A stretch of 64,000 nucleotides of DNA from Candidatus Uhrbacteria bacterium (lineage in GTDB: Bacteria > Patescibacteriota > Patescibacteriia > UBA9934 > GWF2-40-263), in the NCBI GenBank assembly GCA_023246355.1, contig JAHFIQ010000005.1, positions 3,086 to 67,085 of the forward strand. Direction: 5' to 3'. The notes beneath the pieces were generated by a model. That model made no database searches and was not told the DNA's origin. It worked only from the letters and a program-made list of their open reading frames with translations. The position numbers and the translations under genes are program-made. How positions within the stretch are numbered: position 1 is the first letter of the stretch; each line of letters starts with the position of its first letter. This document shows positions 26,258-36,269 of this stretch, piece by piece.

Positions 26258-28078
26258 CTATTCTTCAACTCGAGCTTTATCGCTGGCCATGAGGTCATTT
26301 GGAAGGTTCGTGGTGACCTCTGAACCGGAGGCACTGACAAAGGCTCCGGTGCGGCTATCTGTGGCCGTGAGATGGATGTCAGACAGGAGCGTTGGTATTT
26401 CTTCGATCATGGTTATATCCGGTGTGATCGCAAGCTCAAAGGCAACGCCAACGACCTTGCTTGTTGGTGAGAGGGTTGGTTCAAGACTCGCGAGTTCCCA
26501 ACTGATGATTCCTGTCTCTGGATCGAATTCAACTCCGTTGTTTTGCGAAGTGCTTTGTCTGCCCGTGAAGGTCACGTTGTCGCCGACGGTGCCTTCAATC
26601 ACTACGTTCGTGAGCTCGTTGATGGTGCCGCCCACATGCCAAAAAACCCAGTACGTTGTTTTCTCGCCAACCGTTGGAGGAAGAGATCCGCGTCCAAGCT
26701 GATCACCGGTGGCGGTTGCATAACGACCAAAAGATTCCAGCATCACCGGAGTGGTGATGGGAGTTGTGAGGGAAGATCCTTTACTTGAGATCCGCTGTCC
26801 TGTTCCATCACCCAGTGTGTACGTGGCGGTGCAGCGAGAGACAAGATCGAGACCGTCGTAATCGGTTGTCTCGCTTTGAAGAATCGATGAACGCAGTCGA
26901 ACCGGGATGCTGATTTCGCCAGACGCTCCTGGAGATACGGACGCAAGTTCGGGAGAGGTTGCACTCGTGATCTCGTAGACGTCTTTGGAAAAAAATGGCG
27001 AGTCAGATTCAATTCCCAACACGACGTTCGTCAGGTCATTCTCTCCAATATTTTCATAACGGACCGTGAAGAGGATTTCAGATCCAGGCTCAGCCGAAGA
27101 CTTCGTGATGCCATGCTCGATTTTGAGTTGTGGAGGAACAACAGGAGCGGTATGTGTGAGCGTCTCTTGTCGGTAACGATCTTCTCCAAAGGTAAACGAT
27201 GGATGGAACACGAAGGTGACTTGATCGCCCGTGTCGCCAAGGGAACCCACAAACGTCATGGATCCTGTTTCTCCTGCAGCGATCCCTGGAACTTCAAATA
27301 CGTTGTTGATGAAAGCTGGTGTTGAACGCACAAGTGTGAACCCCTCAGGCCACTCAGGTTCGATCGCAATGGTTGGAAAATCAATTTCGCCTTTGTTCGC
27401 GTAGGTGATGATTCCTTCGATTGGCTGATAGGCGATAAGTTTTTCAGGCAGCGTGAGGGCGAGCTCAAGGGTGGAAGAAGCAGGGGAAAATGTGTGTGTC
27501 GCTGTTTTGCGAGCTGCGACGTCTTTGTCTGTCCCGTGAGTGAAACGGAGGGTGCTGGTAAATGTTTGTTCGCCTCCGACGTCTCCAAACATCACGCCTT
27601 TGACATGAAATGAACCAACCGCGCCAACCGGAATGGTTCCAAGATCAAGGGCGTCCTGTTCCTCCAGGAGAAAATGATCAGGATAGGTGAGTGTGAGTTG
27701 GGCGTTTCTCAGTTCTTCACCTGTGTCGTTTCTGTACTCGATCACGAGTGTGGAGGACGCTCCTGCCACGATTTCTCTTGGCGCAACGGTTGCTTCAAGG
27801 GCGAGGTTGTCCTCAAAAGTCGTCTGTGGAGCAAGAGAAAGAAAGGCGAGTGATATTCCAATGCCGATGAGCGCGCCAATGAGCAAGAGATCAAACGCAA
27901 ACAACAAATGGGCAAACGCAGATTTTCCCCGGTAGCGTTTATCAAACCACTTCACAAACGGAAACAGAATCATCCGACCAGGATGCACAGACAAACAAAC
28001 CGCGCGACCAAGAATGGAATCGGGTTTGGAAACACTGTTGCAGGCAAGGCCTGTTTTTATTTCGTCTGGAAGATTCAT
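26258..28078 (-). CDS. Membrane-anchored protein with Ig-like (DUF11-like) domains
   Basis: One TM, repeated Y.N.G...L.N beta modules, G.LPP.VG.KTTYWVFW. Confidence 0.75.
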   Translation of the reverse strand: MNLPDEIKTGLACNSVSKPDSILGRAVCLSVHPGRMILFPFVKWFDKRYRGKSAFAHLLFAFDLLLIGALIGIGISLAFLSLAPQTTFEDNLALEATVAPREIVAGASSTLVIEYRNDTGEELRNAQLTLTYPDHFLLEEQDALDLGTIPVGAVGSFHVKGVMFGDVGGEQTFTSTLRFTHGTDKDVAARKTATHTFSPASSTLELALTLPEKLIAYQPIEGIITYANKGEIDFPTIAIEPEWPEGFTLVRSTPAFINNVFEVPGIAAGETGSMTFVGSLGDTGDQVTFVFHPSFTFGEDRYRQETLTHTAPVVPPQLKIEHGITKSSAEPGSEILFTVRYENIGENDLTNVVLGIESDSPFFSKDVYEITSATSPELASVSPGASGEISIPVRLRSSILQSETTDYDGLDLVSRCTATYTLGDGTGQRISSKGSSLTTPITTPVMLESFGRYATATGDQLGRGSLPPTVGEKTTYWVFWHVGGTINELTNVVIEGTVGDNVTFTGRQSTSQNNGVEFDPETGIISWELASLEPTLSPTSKVVGVAFELAITPDITMIEEIPTLLSDIHLTATDSRTGAFVSASGSEVTTNLPNDLMASDKARVEE

Positions 28079-28093
28079 ACACCTATCGTATCC

Positions 28094-30109
28094 CTAAAAC
28101 GAACTCAGCGTAAACACGTCCGTGGTGAGGCCAAGGATTTCATCGATGCCATCGTCGTCGATATCCGCTGCAACAACTTCCAGTCCGTCGCGATCCGTTC
28201 GGTCATCAACGTAAAATTCTGATTTCAAATTTCCATCTCGATCGTAGACGCGAGCCAGGGGCGATCCTCCACGTCCTGGACCTGTCACGATGTCATCAAC
28301 TCCATCACCATCCACGTCTCCCACAGCCACGTTTACGCCGCCACGAAACCCGCTGTCATAGGCAAAGAATCCTGGGTTGATGAGTGTTCCGTCTTTGCGA
28401 AACACACGTACATGCGGCCCGCCGTTATATCCTGCACCGCAGATGATTTCTTTGATGCCGTCGCCGTTTAAGTCTCCGATCGCAACGTTGACTCCGCCAC
28501 GAAACGAATCCGCATAGGCAAAAAATCCAGGATTGATGAGCACACCATCGCCGTTGAAGACACGCACATGCGGCCCGCCACCATTTTCTGTTCCGGTTAC
28601 AATCTCGACGGTCCCATCGTTTTCAATGTCGCCGACAGAGATATTGATGCCTCGCGAGTAGGTTTCGGTGTAGGGAGCAAACTTTTTGTAAAGCGATCCG
28701 TCAGACTCATAGATATACACGTAGGTATCGTTGGCCAGAACCGTCTCGCGTTCGCCATCGTTGTCTGTGTCGTACTTGATGACCTGCATGCCACCTCGTT
28801 GGGTTGAGTCGTAGGCGAAAAATCCAGTGCGCGTGGCTTCACCGTCAAGGTTGTATACCCGAGCAAACGATCCATTCAAAAAGGTCGCATCCAAAATTTC
28901 TTCGATTGGTCGGAGCAGAATAATTCCGTCCTTTGAGGCAAGCGTGATCGAGGACACAATGGAACCGCTGTTCACGGTTGGATCCTGTGTGCCGTGGAGT
29001 TTTTCGTACTCGCCGTCGAGTTTGACGGTTTGTGTCGTTGCGGTGGCATTCACAATCACGGCACCTTGCTCGAAATCTCGCATCCAGACACCGGTGTCGA
29101 TTTCTGCGTCCTGGGGGTTGAGAGTGTTTTGAATGTCACCCTTTGGCGCGCCAAGATAGGCATCATACTCATCGTAGGTCCAGAGCTGGGCATGGCTTTC
29201 TGTTCCATAATCAAAGGCAAAGAATCCGTTTCCCAAAAGCGTCGTGGTGATTCCGAATCGGATTTTTTGGTAGTCATCGTTGTCGCCGTTGTTTTCTGTG
29301 TTGACGTTCACGACCTGAACAGAGTCATACCCAACATCGTCTTCAAGGTTGAGATACTCGTCCGTCATGTTCTCCCACTCAGCAAGTGTGTCATCAGAGG
29401 AAGGAAACGTTTCAAACATGCGGCCGTTCACATACGGTGCGAAATCAGGATTGGAAGAACCGTTGGTGATTAGGATGTAGTCCTTGCCGATTGTGTCACG
29501 CGTTGATTGGAACAAATCCTGGTACCGTGATGCCCACAGTGCGTTGGCCGTGCTTGCAGAATCATTTTTTCCATCCTGATTCACATCGACATTTCCCACC
29601 CAGCTGATCGAGTCCTGGACCTCGTCGTAGAACACACCATCCCAGTAGCCGGTTGAGAGGACCTCGTCGTTCACAAATTCTGGAAGGAATTCAGACCAGC
29701 CGCTGTTCAAGTTGAGGGCACGCGTTCCGGTCCAGACAGACACTTGGTTTCCACTACCGTCTTTGAGCCACCAGTCGTCTTCGATTTGGCGGTACAGTTT
29801 TTGATGGAGCGAATCATCCCAGTACAAATCGTTCCAACTGACCGTGGCGATGTAGGGGAGGATCACGATGTCGCTGTTGATATCTCGGATCTTTTGAAAG
29901 AAGGATTTGTTATATACTTGAGCTTCGACGGGAATCACAATTAAGTCGAATTCCGCCAGAGTTGTAAGTGCGTCATCGAGCGTCTTGCCAGACATCAAAA
30001 AATAGTTCGCGGTACGAACGAATTCATGGGAATCGATAGCTGCGTTTGTCTGTGTTCCTTGGCCCAAGATGAGTCCAAGCGCAAGGAACAGAGAAAACAG
30101 TCGGCGCAT
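28094..30109 (-). CDS. Secreted putative glycoside hydrolase (TIM-barrel-like) with FG-GAP-like repeats
   Basis: Signal peptide; YWDGVFYDEV, NGRMFETF, LWTYDEYD; C-terminal GD.DGDG..EI.TG...GGGPHVRVF repeats. Confidence 0.78.
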   Translation of the reverse strand: MRRLFSLFLALGLILGQGTQTNAAIDSHEFVRTANYFLMSGKTLDDALTTLAEFDLIVIPVEAQVYNKSFFQKIRDINSDIVILPYIATVSWNDLYWDDSLHQKLYRQIEDDWWLKDGSGNQVSVWTGTRALNLNSGWSEFLPEFVNDEVLSTGYWDGVFYDEVQDSISWVGNVDVNQDGKNDSASTANALWASRYQDLFQSTRDTIGKDYILITNGSSNPDFAPYVNGRMFETFPSSDDTLAEWENMTDEYLNLEDDVGYDSVQVVNVNTENNGDNDDYQKIRFGITTTLLGNGFFAFDYGTESHAQLWTYDEYDAYLGAPKGDIQNTLNPQDAEIDTGVWMRDFEQGAVIVNATATTQTVKLDGEYEKLHGTQDPTVNSGSIVSSITLASKDGIILLRPIEEILDATFLNGSFARVYNLDGEATRTGFFAYDSTQRGGMQVIKYDTDNDGERETVLANDTYVYIYESDGSLYKKFAPYTETYSRGINISVGDIENDGTVEIVTGTENGGGPHVRVFNGDGVLINPGFFAYADSFRGGVNVAIGDLNGDGIKEIICGAGYNGGPHVRVFRKDGTLINPGFFAYDSGFRGGVNVAVGDVDGDGVDDIVTGPGRGGSPLARVYDRDGNLKSEFYVDDRTDRDGLEVVAADIDDDGIDEILGLTTDVFTLSSF

Positions 30110-30111
30110 AG

Positions 30112-30396
30112 TTAATCTTCCTTTTCTTCCTTGAGCCCTTCTGGATTAGGTGAGTACAACTTGGCGTTGATTTTCCACTGATCCACAAATTGACCAATGC
30201 CGCCCTTGTCCCGCTTGTTCCGCACGGTGGTGGTGCGTTGTGACCATCGTAGCAAAGATTCAAAATTCAGTTTGTACCTGCCTTGGACGACCACGTAGGT
30301 AATTTCGCCAGAAAGAATTGCCCGACGAACCGTGCGTTGGCTCACGCCGAACATCTTTGCAGCTTCGGAGACGGAAAGACGAATAATGGATTTCAT
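30112..30396 (-). CDS. Excisionase-like helix-turn-helix (HTH_17) DNA-binding protein
   Basis: LSVSEAAKMFGVSQRTVRRAI..GEI. Confidence 0.85.
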   Translation of the reverse strand: MKSIIRLSVSEAAKMFGVSQRTVRRAILSGEITYVVVQGRYKLNFESLLRWSQRTTTVRNKRDKGGIGQFVDQWKINAKLYSPNPEGLKEEKED

Positions 30397-30401
30397 AGGG
30401 A

Positions 30402-30495
30402 AGGTGGACTAGGTGGATGAGGTGGAAAGGTTGAAAGGATTAAATGATCGGAACCACCTAATCCACCTTGGCTACCTTATCCACCTGTTTACCTG
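30402..30495. repeat. AGGTGG-nonamer palindromic element, empty form, copy 4
   Basis: AGGTGGACT AGGTGGATG AGGTGGAA ... CCACCT AATCCACCT TGGCTACCT TATCCACCT. Confidence 0.82.
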
Positions 30496-30628
30496 TGTAT
30501 AACACTGTCTGTCGATGCCAGTGTAGACAAAAAAGTCTGGTCTGTCAATCAAGTATTGATTTTTCAGCCTATTAATGCTATTTTCCTCGCTGCGCTTCCA
30601 TAGAACCTAATGCCGTGCAACTTCCCTT

Positions 30629-31192
30629 GTGCAACCAACAAAGCGTGAAAAATTCCTGCTCACAAGAATCCGAGTTTTTAAGGACGAACACGCATTCGAG
30701 GCGCTTTTGAGTGAATACTCACCAGCACTCCAACGGTTCCTTTACAGCAAACTTCCCAATCACCACGATGTTGAGGATGCCTATTCCACACTCATGCTTC
30801 GGCTCTGGGAATACACGATCCGGACGCCGGTTGAACATTTTTCCGGACTGGCTTACACGATTGCCCGCGGGGTCGTTGCAGAGTTCTATCGATACCGGGA
30901 AGGGAAGGAACAGGTCCCTATCAGTGGAGGAGAGGGCGAAGAAGGAGTCGAAGTCGAATCTGGGTATTCTGCTGAATACGTCGAGACGCAGATCGACTCA
31001 CAGCTTGTGAAGGAAGGAATGAAGAAACTGAAAAATGAAGATGATAGGGAAATCCTGTTACTGCGCTTTGTCGAGGGTTATCGAGTGAAAGACATTGCCA
31101 AGTACCTGGGCAAAACAGAAAATGCCACTTCGGTGCTCATCTACCAAGCCTTGAAAAAAATTCGTGCAAGCATTTTGAAAAGAAAAACATAG
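30629..31192 (+). CDS. ECF-type RNA polymerase sigma factor
   Basis: Region 2 (DVEDAYS...LWEY...AYTIARG.V.EFYR) and region 4 (REILLLRFVEGYRVKDIAKYLGKTE). Confidence 0.9.
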   Translation: MQPTKREKFLLTRIRVFKDEHAFEALLSEYSPALQRFLYSKLPNHHDVEDAYSTLMLRLWEYTIRTPVEHFSGLAYTIARGVVAEFYRYREGKEQVPISGGEGEEGVEVESGYSAEYVETQIDSQLVKEGMKKLKNEDDREILLLRFVEGYRVKDIAKYLGKTENATSVLIYQALKKIRASILKRKT

Positions 31193-31207
31193 AAAGGTCC
31201 TGAGGTT

Positions 31208-32104
31208 ATGGACAAACTCGACCGACAAATCATCGATACCCTCAAGTCCCTGAAGGATGACCCTGCCTTTGGTGGTGGTTATGATTTTGCGGCCACGCAC
31301 AAGCAGGCGCTTTTGAAAAATGGTTTTTCTCTTCCTGCATCCTCTCATCAATACACGTGGCGCGATTATCTTGAAACCTACACCTGGGAGTTTACACACT
31401 CCATGCTGCGCCCACTGGGAGCAGCCGTGGCCGTGTTTGTTTTTGCGATCACGGGTTTTATCTCGGTCGCAAACGCTTCTGGTCGCGCGCTTCCTGGGGA
31501 CGAGTTGTACGGGGTGAAACTGGGTATTGAAAAAGCGCAGCTCGCTTTGGCTTTCAGTGCAGATAGTCGTGCCAATCTTCAGGTCGAGTTTGCCAGCCGA
31601 CGGCTTGAGGAAATGGTAGAGCTCGCGGCCACGTTGCACCAGGATGCTCCTGAGACGGTTCAGGTGGCGGTGGATCGCTTCAAGAGTGAGGTGTCCACGA
31701 TCAAGGCAGAACTTCAAGAACAGACAGGAACGCAGGAATCAAAAACCGAACTTGCCAAGGCCGTTGGTCGAAAAACAGAAGCGTACTCTTCGACGGTTGC
31801 CTCAACGTCAACCGAGTTATCACCCGAGGTCCGAACAGAAGTTTCAGAGATTATTGAACAGACCAAGGACCAAGCCGTGGAAGTCATTATCACAGCGCAC
31901 GAACAAACACCTGATGAAGAAACAGAGCACGAACTCGCGCTGGCTCTTGAAACAGAGATTGCTGATATGAAACTCCAGTTTGGTGATGCGTCCGCTGAGC
32001 CGGTCGAAGCTGCACTTGCCTTGCAAGCAGAAGGCAATTATCGCCGTGCATTCCAAGTCCTCAAAGAATTTGCCCTTGTTCACGAGTTGGACGTCCTTCC
32101 CTAA
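31208..32104 (+). CDS. DUF5667-like membrane protein, putative anti-sigma factor
   Basis: ALPGDELYGVKLGIEK...A.RRLEE motif after one TM; directly follows the ECF sigma gene. Confidence 0.8.
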   Translation: MDKLDRQIIDTLKSLKDDPAFGGGYDFAATHKQALLKNGFSLPASSHQYTWRDYLETYTWEFTHSMLRPLGAAVAVFVFAITGFISVANASGRALPGDELYGVKLGIEKAQLALAFSADSRANLQVEFASRRLEEMVELAATLHQDAPETVQVAVDRFKSEVSTIKAELQEQTGTQESKTELAKAVGRKTEAYSSTVASTSTELSPEVRTEVSEIIEQTKDQAVEVIITAHEQTPDEETEHELALALETEIADMKLQFGDASAEPVEAALALQAEGNYRRAFQVLKEFALVHELDVLP

Positions 32105-32279
32105 GAAGGAATTCCGGCCCGCTTCTTCATCCTTTGATGGAGAGGCTTTAAGCTCATTAATTCACGCTTGCCAAAGGTCGAGGCCGCAATGCGGTCGCAA
32201 AGCGCTGATTAAAAAAAGCCCCTAACCAGGGCCAAAAAGGTTCACCCAGTTCATCTGGGTATTGTACGAAATTTATCTT

Positions 32280-35200
32280 ATGTCTAACTCCCTTCAATTG
32301 AAGAAAGTGCTCACGATCGCGGTTGCAAGCGCCACCATCCTTTGGACGGCTGGTCTTGCTGCGTTCGTGCCAACCCAGGCCAAAGCCGCCGAATACGGCG
32401 ATTTGATCATGGGCGAGACACTCTCAACCGTCTATTACTACGGTTCTGATGGTCAGCGCTACTCCTTCCCCAACGAGAAAACCTATTTCTCTTGGTACGA
32501 GGATTTTGACGATGTCGTTCAGATTTCCGATGAGGATCTCGCTGACATCACCCTTGCTGGAAATATTGTCTATCGTCCAGGTTCGCACTGGATCAAAATT
32601 GAGTCTGACGAAAAGGTGTACGCGGTTTCAACCGATGGTTCTATCCACTGGGTAGAGTCTGAAGAAGTTGCCGAAGGCCTTGCGGGCAGCGATTGGAACA
32701 TGTTTATCGATGATGTTCCAGACGTGTTCTTCGTTGACTACACCGTTGGTGACTCTCTGGACGATGCGTCCATGGGGTACGACGGCATGCTCTGGTCCGA
32801 TGGCTCCTCCACCTATCACATCATGGATGGTGAATACCACATGGTGACCGATGACGGTATGGAAGCCAACATGTTCCAAGACGGTTTCGTCCTTATGGGC
32901 GATGGCGTTGACTTGGACTCTCTGACAGAGGGCGATGACATCGATTCCGAGTCCGCTTCTTTGACAGACGCCGCTCAAATGGTTGAGGGCGATGAGTACG
33001 AAGAGACCGAATACATCGACGTTTCTGTCTCCGATGACTCTCCAGCCGCTTCCACCTACATCGCTGGTCAGGCTCTCGCTCATGTCGTTTCCTACGACTT
33101 CGAGAACCCAACAAGTGAGGATGTGGTCGTGACCGGTCTTTCCCTTGATCGCACAGGTGTGTCTTCGGACACCACTCTTGCCGCTGTGTACCTCTTTGAT
33201 GGGTACATGCGCGAGAGTGATTCCGCCACGGTTTCAAGCGGTACGATTTCTTGGAATGACACAGGCGATACGGGATTGTTCGTGATCCCAGCCGGTGAGA
33301 CCAAGACCATTGACGTGCGCACGCACGTAGCCGCTTCCACTGGTGGTCAGACCTTCGGACTTGATCTGTTGGACGAGTCTGATGTCGAATTCGATGGTGC
33401 CAACGAAGCTTCGGGATCCTTCCCACTTGAGAGCGAAGTCCACACCGTGGCCACGCTTCCAAGCAACTTCGCCACCTTCGCCTTTGCCACAGCCTCCACT
33501 CCATCGGCCAACACCTCTCTTGATCCACAAGACGACTATCGTCTTTGGGAAGAGACCGTGACCGTTGGAAACAACGAGGTCTACCTCTACTCTGCTTCCT
33601 TCCGCAACATCGGTTCCGTTGACGCAGAAGATGTCCAGAACTGGCAGCTCTACGTAGCAGGAACTCAGGCTGGTGACGATGTCGCCCAGCAGGAATCGGT
33701 AGACGGCTATGTCACGTTTGATCTTTCTGCTGATCCAGTGAAGATGAACACCGGTTCACACGTCGTGAAGGTGCTTGCCGATATCATCGGCGGTTCCACA
33801 CGCACCGTGACCGTTGGTCTTCGCGATACAGCCGATATCTTCGTGACCGATGAAGATTACGAAGAGCCAATCCTTGTTACCGGTAACACCACGTCCACCA
33901 CCGCAGCCTTTGCGGCTCAGGACGCGGGTGCACAGACCATCTCCTCTGGTGAAGTAACCTTCACCAAGACGACGGATTCTGCTTCCGGTGACATTATCGA
34001 TGGCGCATCCAATGTCTCTCTCGGTTCCTTTACCGTGCGAGCCACAGGTGAGGCCATGAAGATTGAAAACTTGCCAATCCAGATCGATGAAGACGATGCA
34101 GACACGACCTACACCTTGCGCAATGGTGCGCTGTATGTCGATGGCACACAGGTGGGTTCCACCACAGCGATTGCTGGTGACACGGATTCCACCCTTGCCT
34201 ACACATCCTTCACCTTCGGATCATCCTTCATCGTCTATCCTGGTTCACCAGTGACGTTGGAGATTCGTGCGGATGCGTACAACTCTGACGGAACAGATGA
34301 CGTCGATGCTAACGACACCATTCAGGTGCAGATCGACGGCGGTTCTCCTTCCAGCAACGTGCTGCGCAAGGTCTCCGGCTCCTACATCTCCCGCCCAGCG
34401 GCTGACGTAGAGGGCAACATCCTCACGGTCCGAACCGGTGCACTCACAACAGCGAACAACTCAAGCTATGCGGCTCAGTCAGCTGTCGCTCCAAAGACCC
34501 AATATAAAGTTGGTTCCTGGACCGTCACAGCCAACACAACCGAAGCTGTGAACCTCACAACCTTCGATGTGGACTTCTCCGCAGCCGCTTCTGATGCTTC
34601 TGCTGCTGCTGACTACACCAACCTCTACATTACCTACGGACCAGATGGAGATGAGAACACCTCCAACACGAAGACCACTGTTTCTCTGACGACCAACTCC
34701 TGGTCGACCAGCTACACCTTGGATGCTGGTGAAACGATCTACGTGAACGCCTATGCTGACGTCGCCACATCTGTGACCGATGACTCAGACGGCGATGACA
34801 TCATCACTGCTGACCTTGATGTGGATGCAACAGCCTCGAGCTCTGCAACCTCTATCGACGGCTCTGATGTGTCAGCCTCAGCCATTACGTGGTACACCGC
34901 TGGTTCGTTCACCTCCGCTGTTGGTGGTGCAACTCCAGTTGCCAAGGACGTGGCTGCAGGTCAGACCATTGAGGCAGCCCAGTTCAAGTTAACGGCCGTA
35001 CGTGAGAGCTTCAACATCACTCAAATGGAGTTTGAAGTTGGTACTGCTGCAGCCGCCGGCGTGATTAGCAGCGTTATGCTCTACGACGGCAGCACCTTGC
35101 TTGGCTCCGCTGTCATGTCTGAAACCCCAAGCAATGACACAGGTGATGGTGAAACAGACGGAACCGCAGGTTTGTCTGCTCTCATCACAGGCCTGGACAT

Positions 35201-36104
35201 TGATGTCGCAGCTGGCACAAACAAGACCCTTACAGCCAAGCTCGCGCTCAATGACATTGGTTCAGGTATGGCCAGCTCGCAGAACAACCTGGCTCTGACC
35301 TTGGACTACATGCGCTACACGGACAGCCAGGGCACTGTGCAAACAGGAGCCACGAGCTACACCGACCGCGCAGGTAACGAGATTCGTGCCTACAACTCTC
35401 TCCCAACCGTGTCCGCGGTCGATTTGACCAACTCCACGCTTGTGAACGGACAGGCCATTGATCTCTACAAGTTCACCGTATCGGCCAACAGCAACGGATC
35501 GATTGCGCTCAAGCAGCTCGCGCTGCCAATCAGCTACACCGACTCCGATGCTGACACCATGTGTGTGAACCTCTGGAAGTTGTACAAGAACGGTACAGAT
35601 GTTTCGACCAGCTCATCCGCTGTCGTCTTGGAAGACGAAGATGGTGAGGACATCGAGGGCGGAACCTCCAGTGCCTGTTCCACACCTCTTGCAGAAGGCG
35701 ACACAACGGTCTACATCATCTGGGACACCAACGAAGAAGTTATTACCGCTGGTGAAACCGTGACCTACACTCTGCGTGCCACTCCAGTTGGATTTGACTC
35801 CGACGGTGACACAGGAGATGAGGACTACTTCACGATTTACCTTGCTGGTGATAGTGCTCACAACCAGGCCACCAACGCTGACATCTGTCTTGAAGATGCA
35901 GGAGCTGGTGAAATCTGGCAGTTGGATAACCAGGTCAGCTCTGCCTGTACCACGGCTTCCTCCAACAACACCGCCTACAACTTCATCTGGTCTGATAACT
36001 CTGGTGAGTCGCATGACGCATCCAGTGAAACAGGATCCGGTGACTGGACAGACGGATACTTGGTCTTGAATCTCGACCTCGCGGGAGAGACCTGGGCTAA
36101 GTAA
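32280..36104 (+). CDS. Very large acidic secreted S-layer-like surface protein
   Basis: Signal peptide ending QAKA; D/T/S-rich tandem beta modules; N-terminal VYYYGSDGQRYSFPNEKTYFSWY domain; biased codon usage. Confidence 0.8.
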   Translation: MSNSLQLKKVLTIAVASATILWTAGLAAFVPTQAKAAEYGDLIMGETLSTVYYYGSDGQRYSFPNEKTYFSWYEDFDDVVQISDEDLADITLAGNIVYRPGSHWIKIESDEKVYAVSTDGSIHWVESEEVAEGLAGSDWNMFIDDVPDVFFVDYTVGDSLDDASMGYDGMLWSDGSSTYHIMDGEYHMVTDDGMEANMFQDGFVLMGDGVDLDSLTEGDDIDSESASLTDAAQMVEGDEYEETEYIDVSVSDDSPAASTYIAGQALAHVVSYDFENPTSEDVVVTGLSLDRTGVSSDTTLAAVYLFDGYMRESDSATVSSGTISWNDTGDTGLFVIPAGETKTIDVRTHVAASTGGQTFGLDLLDESDVEFDGANEASGSFPLESEVHTVATLPSNFATFAFATASTPSANTSLDPQDDYRLWEETVTVGNNEVYLYSASFRNIGSVDAEDVQNWQLYVAGTQAGDDVAQQESVDGYVTFDLSADPVKMNTGSHVVKVLADIIGGSTRTVTVGLRDTADIFVTDEDYEEPILVTGNTTSTTAAFAAQDAGAQTISSGEVTFTKTTDSASGDIIDGASNVSLGSFTVRATGEAMKIENLPIQIDEDDADTTYTLRNGALYVDGTQVGSTTAIAGDTDSTLAYTSFTFGSSFIVYPGSPVTLEIRADAYNSDGTDDVDANDTIQVQIDGGSPSSNVLRKVSGSYISRPAADVEGNILTVRTGALTTANNSSYAAQSAVAPKTQYKVGSWTVTANTTEAVNLTTFDVDFSAAASDASAAADYTNLYITYGPDGDENTSNTKTTVSLTTNSWSTSYTLDAGETIYVNAYADVATSVTDDSDGDDIITADLDVDATASSSATSIDGSDVSASAITWYTAGSFTSAVGGATPVAKDVAAGQTIEAAQFKLTAVRESFNITQMEFEVGTAAAAGVISSVMLYDGSTLLGSAVMSETPSNDTGDGETDGTAGLSALITGLDIDVAAGTNKTLTAKLALNDIGSGMASSQNNLALTLDYMRYTDSQGTVQTGATSYTDRAGNEIRAYNSLPTVSAVDLTNSTLVNGQAIDLYKFTVSANSNGSIALKQLALPISYTDSDADTMCVNLWKLYKNGTDVSTSSSAVVLEDEDGEDIEGGTSSACSTPLAEGDTTVYIIWDTNEEVITAGETVTYTLRATPVGFDSDGDTGDEDYFTIYLAGDSAHNQATNADICLEDAGAGEIWQLDNQVSSACTTASSNNTAYNFIWSDNSGESHDASSETGSGDWTDGYLVLNLDLAGETWAK

Positions 36105-36221
36105 ACCTTCCCTGATTCTAGGGAAAACCTTTCTTCGACCATCCACACGTCTCACTGGCATCCGGTTTGAGGATTCGTTCACAAACCTTGGCCTATCGAG
36201 ACCGGGATCTCGAGGATCCAT

Positions 36222-36250
36222 ACCCACGCCTTCGGGCGTGGTTTTGGTTT
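36222..36250 (+). terminator. Rho-independent terminator
   Basis: ACCCACGCC-TTCG-GGCGTGGGT followed by T-rich sequence. Confidence 0.8.
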
Positions 36251-36269
36251 GTGTTACAATGTCACTACT

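Noticed and set aside
30112-30396. Excisionase indicating a prophage
   Set aside because: There is no integrase or phage structural gene, and the gene is operonic with envelope genes
32160-32260. c-di-GMP-I riboswitch upstream of the S-layer-like gene (CGCAAAGC)
   Set aside because: The GGCAAACC and GAAA tetraloop/receptor pattern is missing; an Rfam scan would be needed
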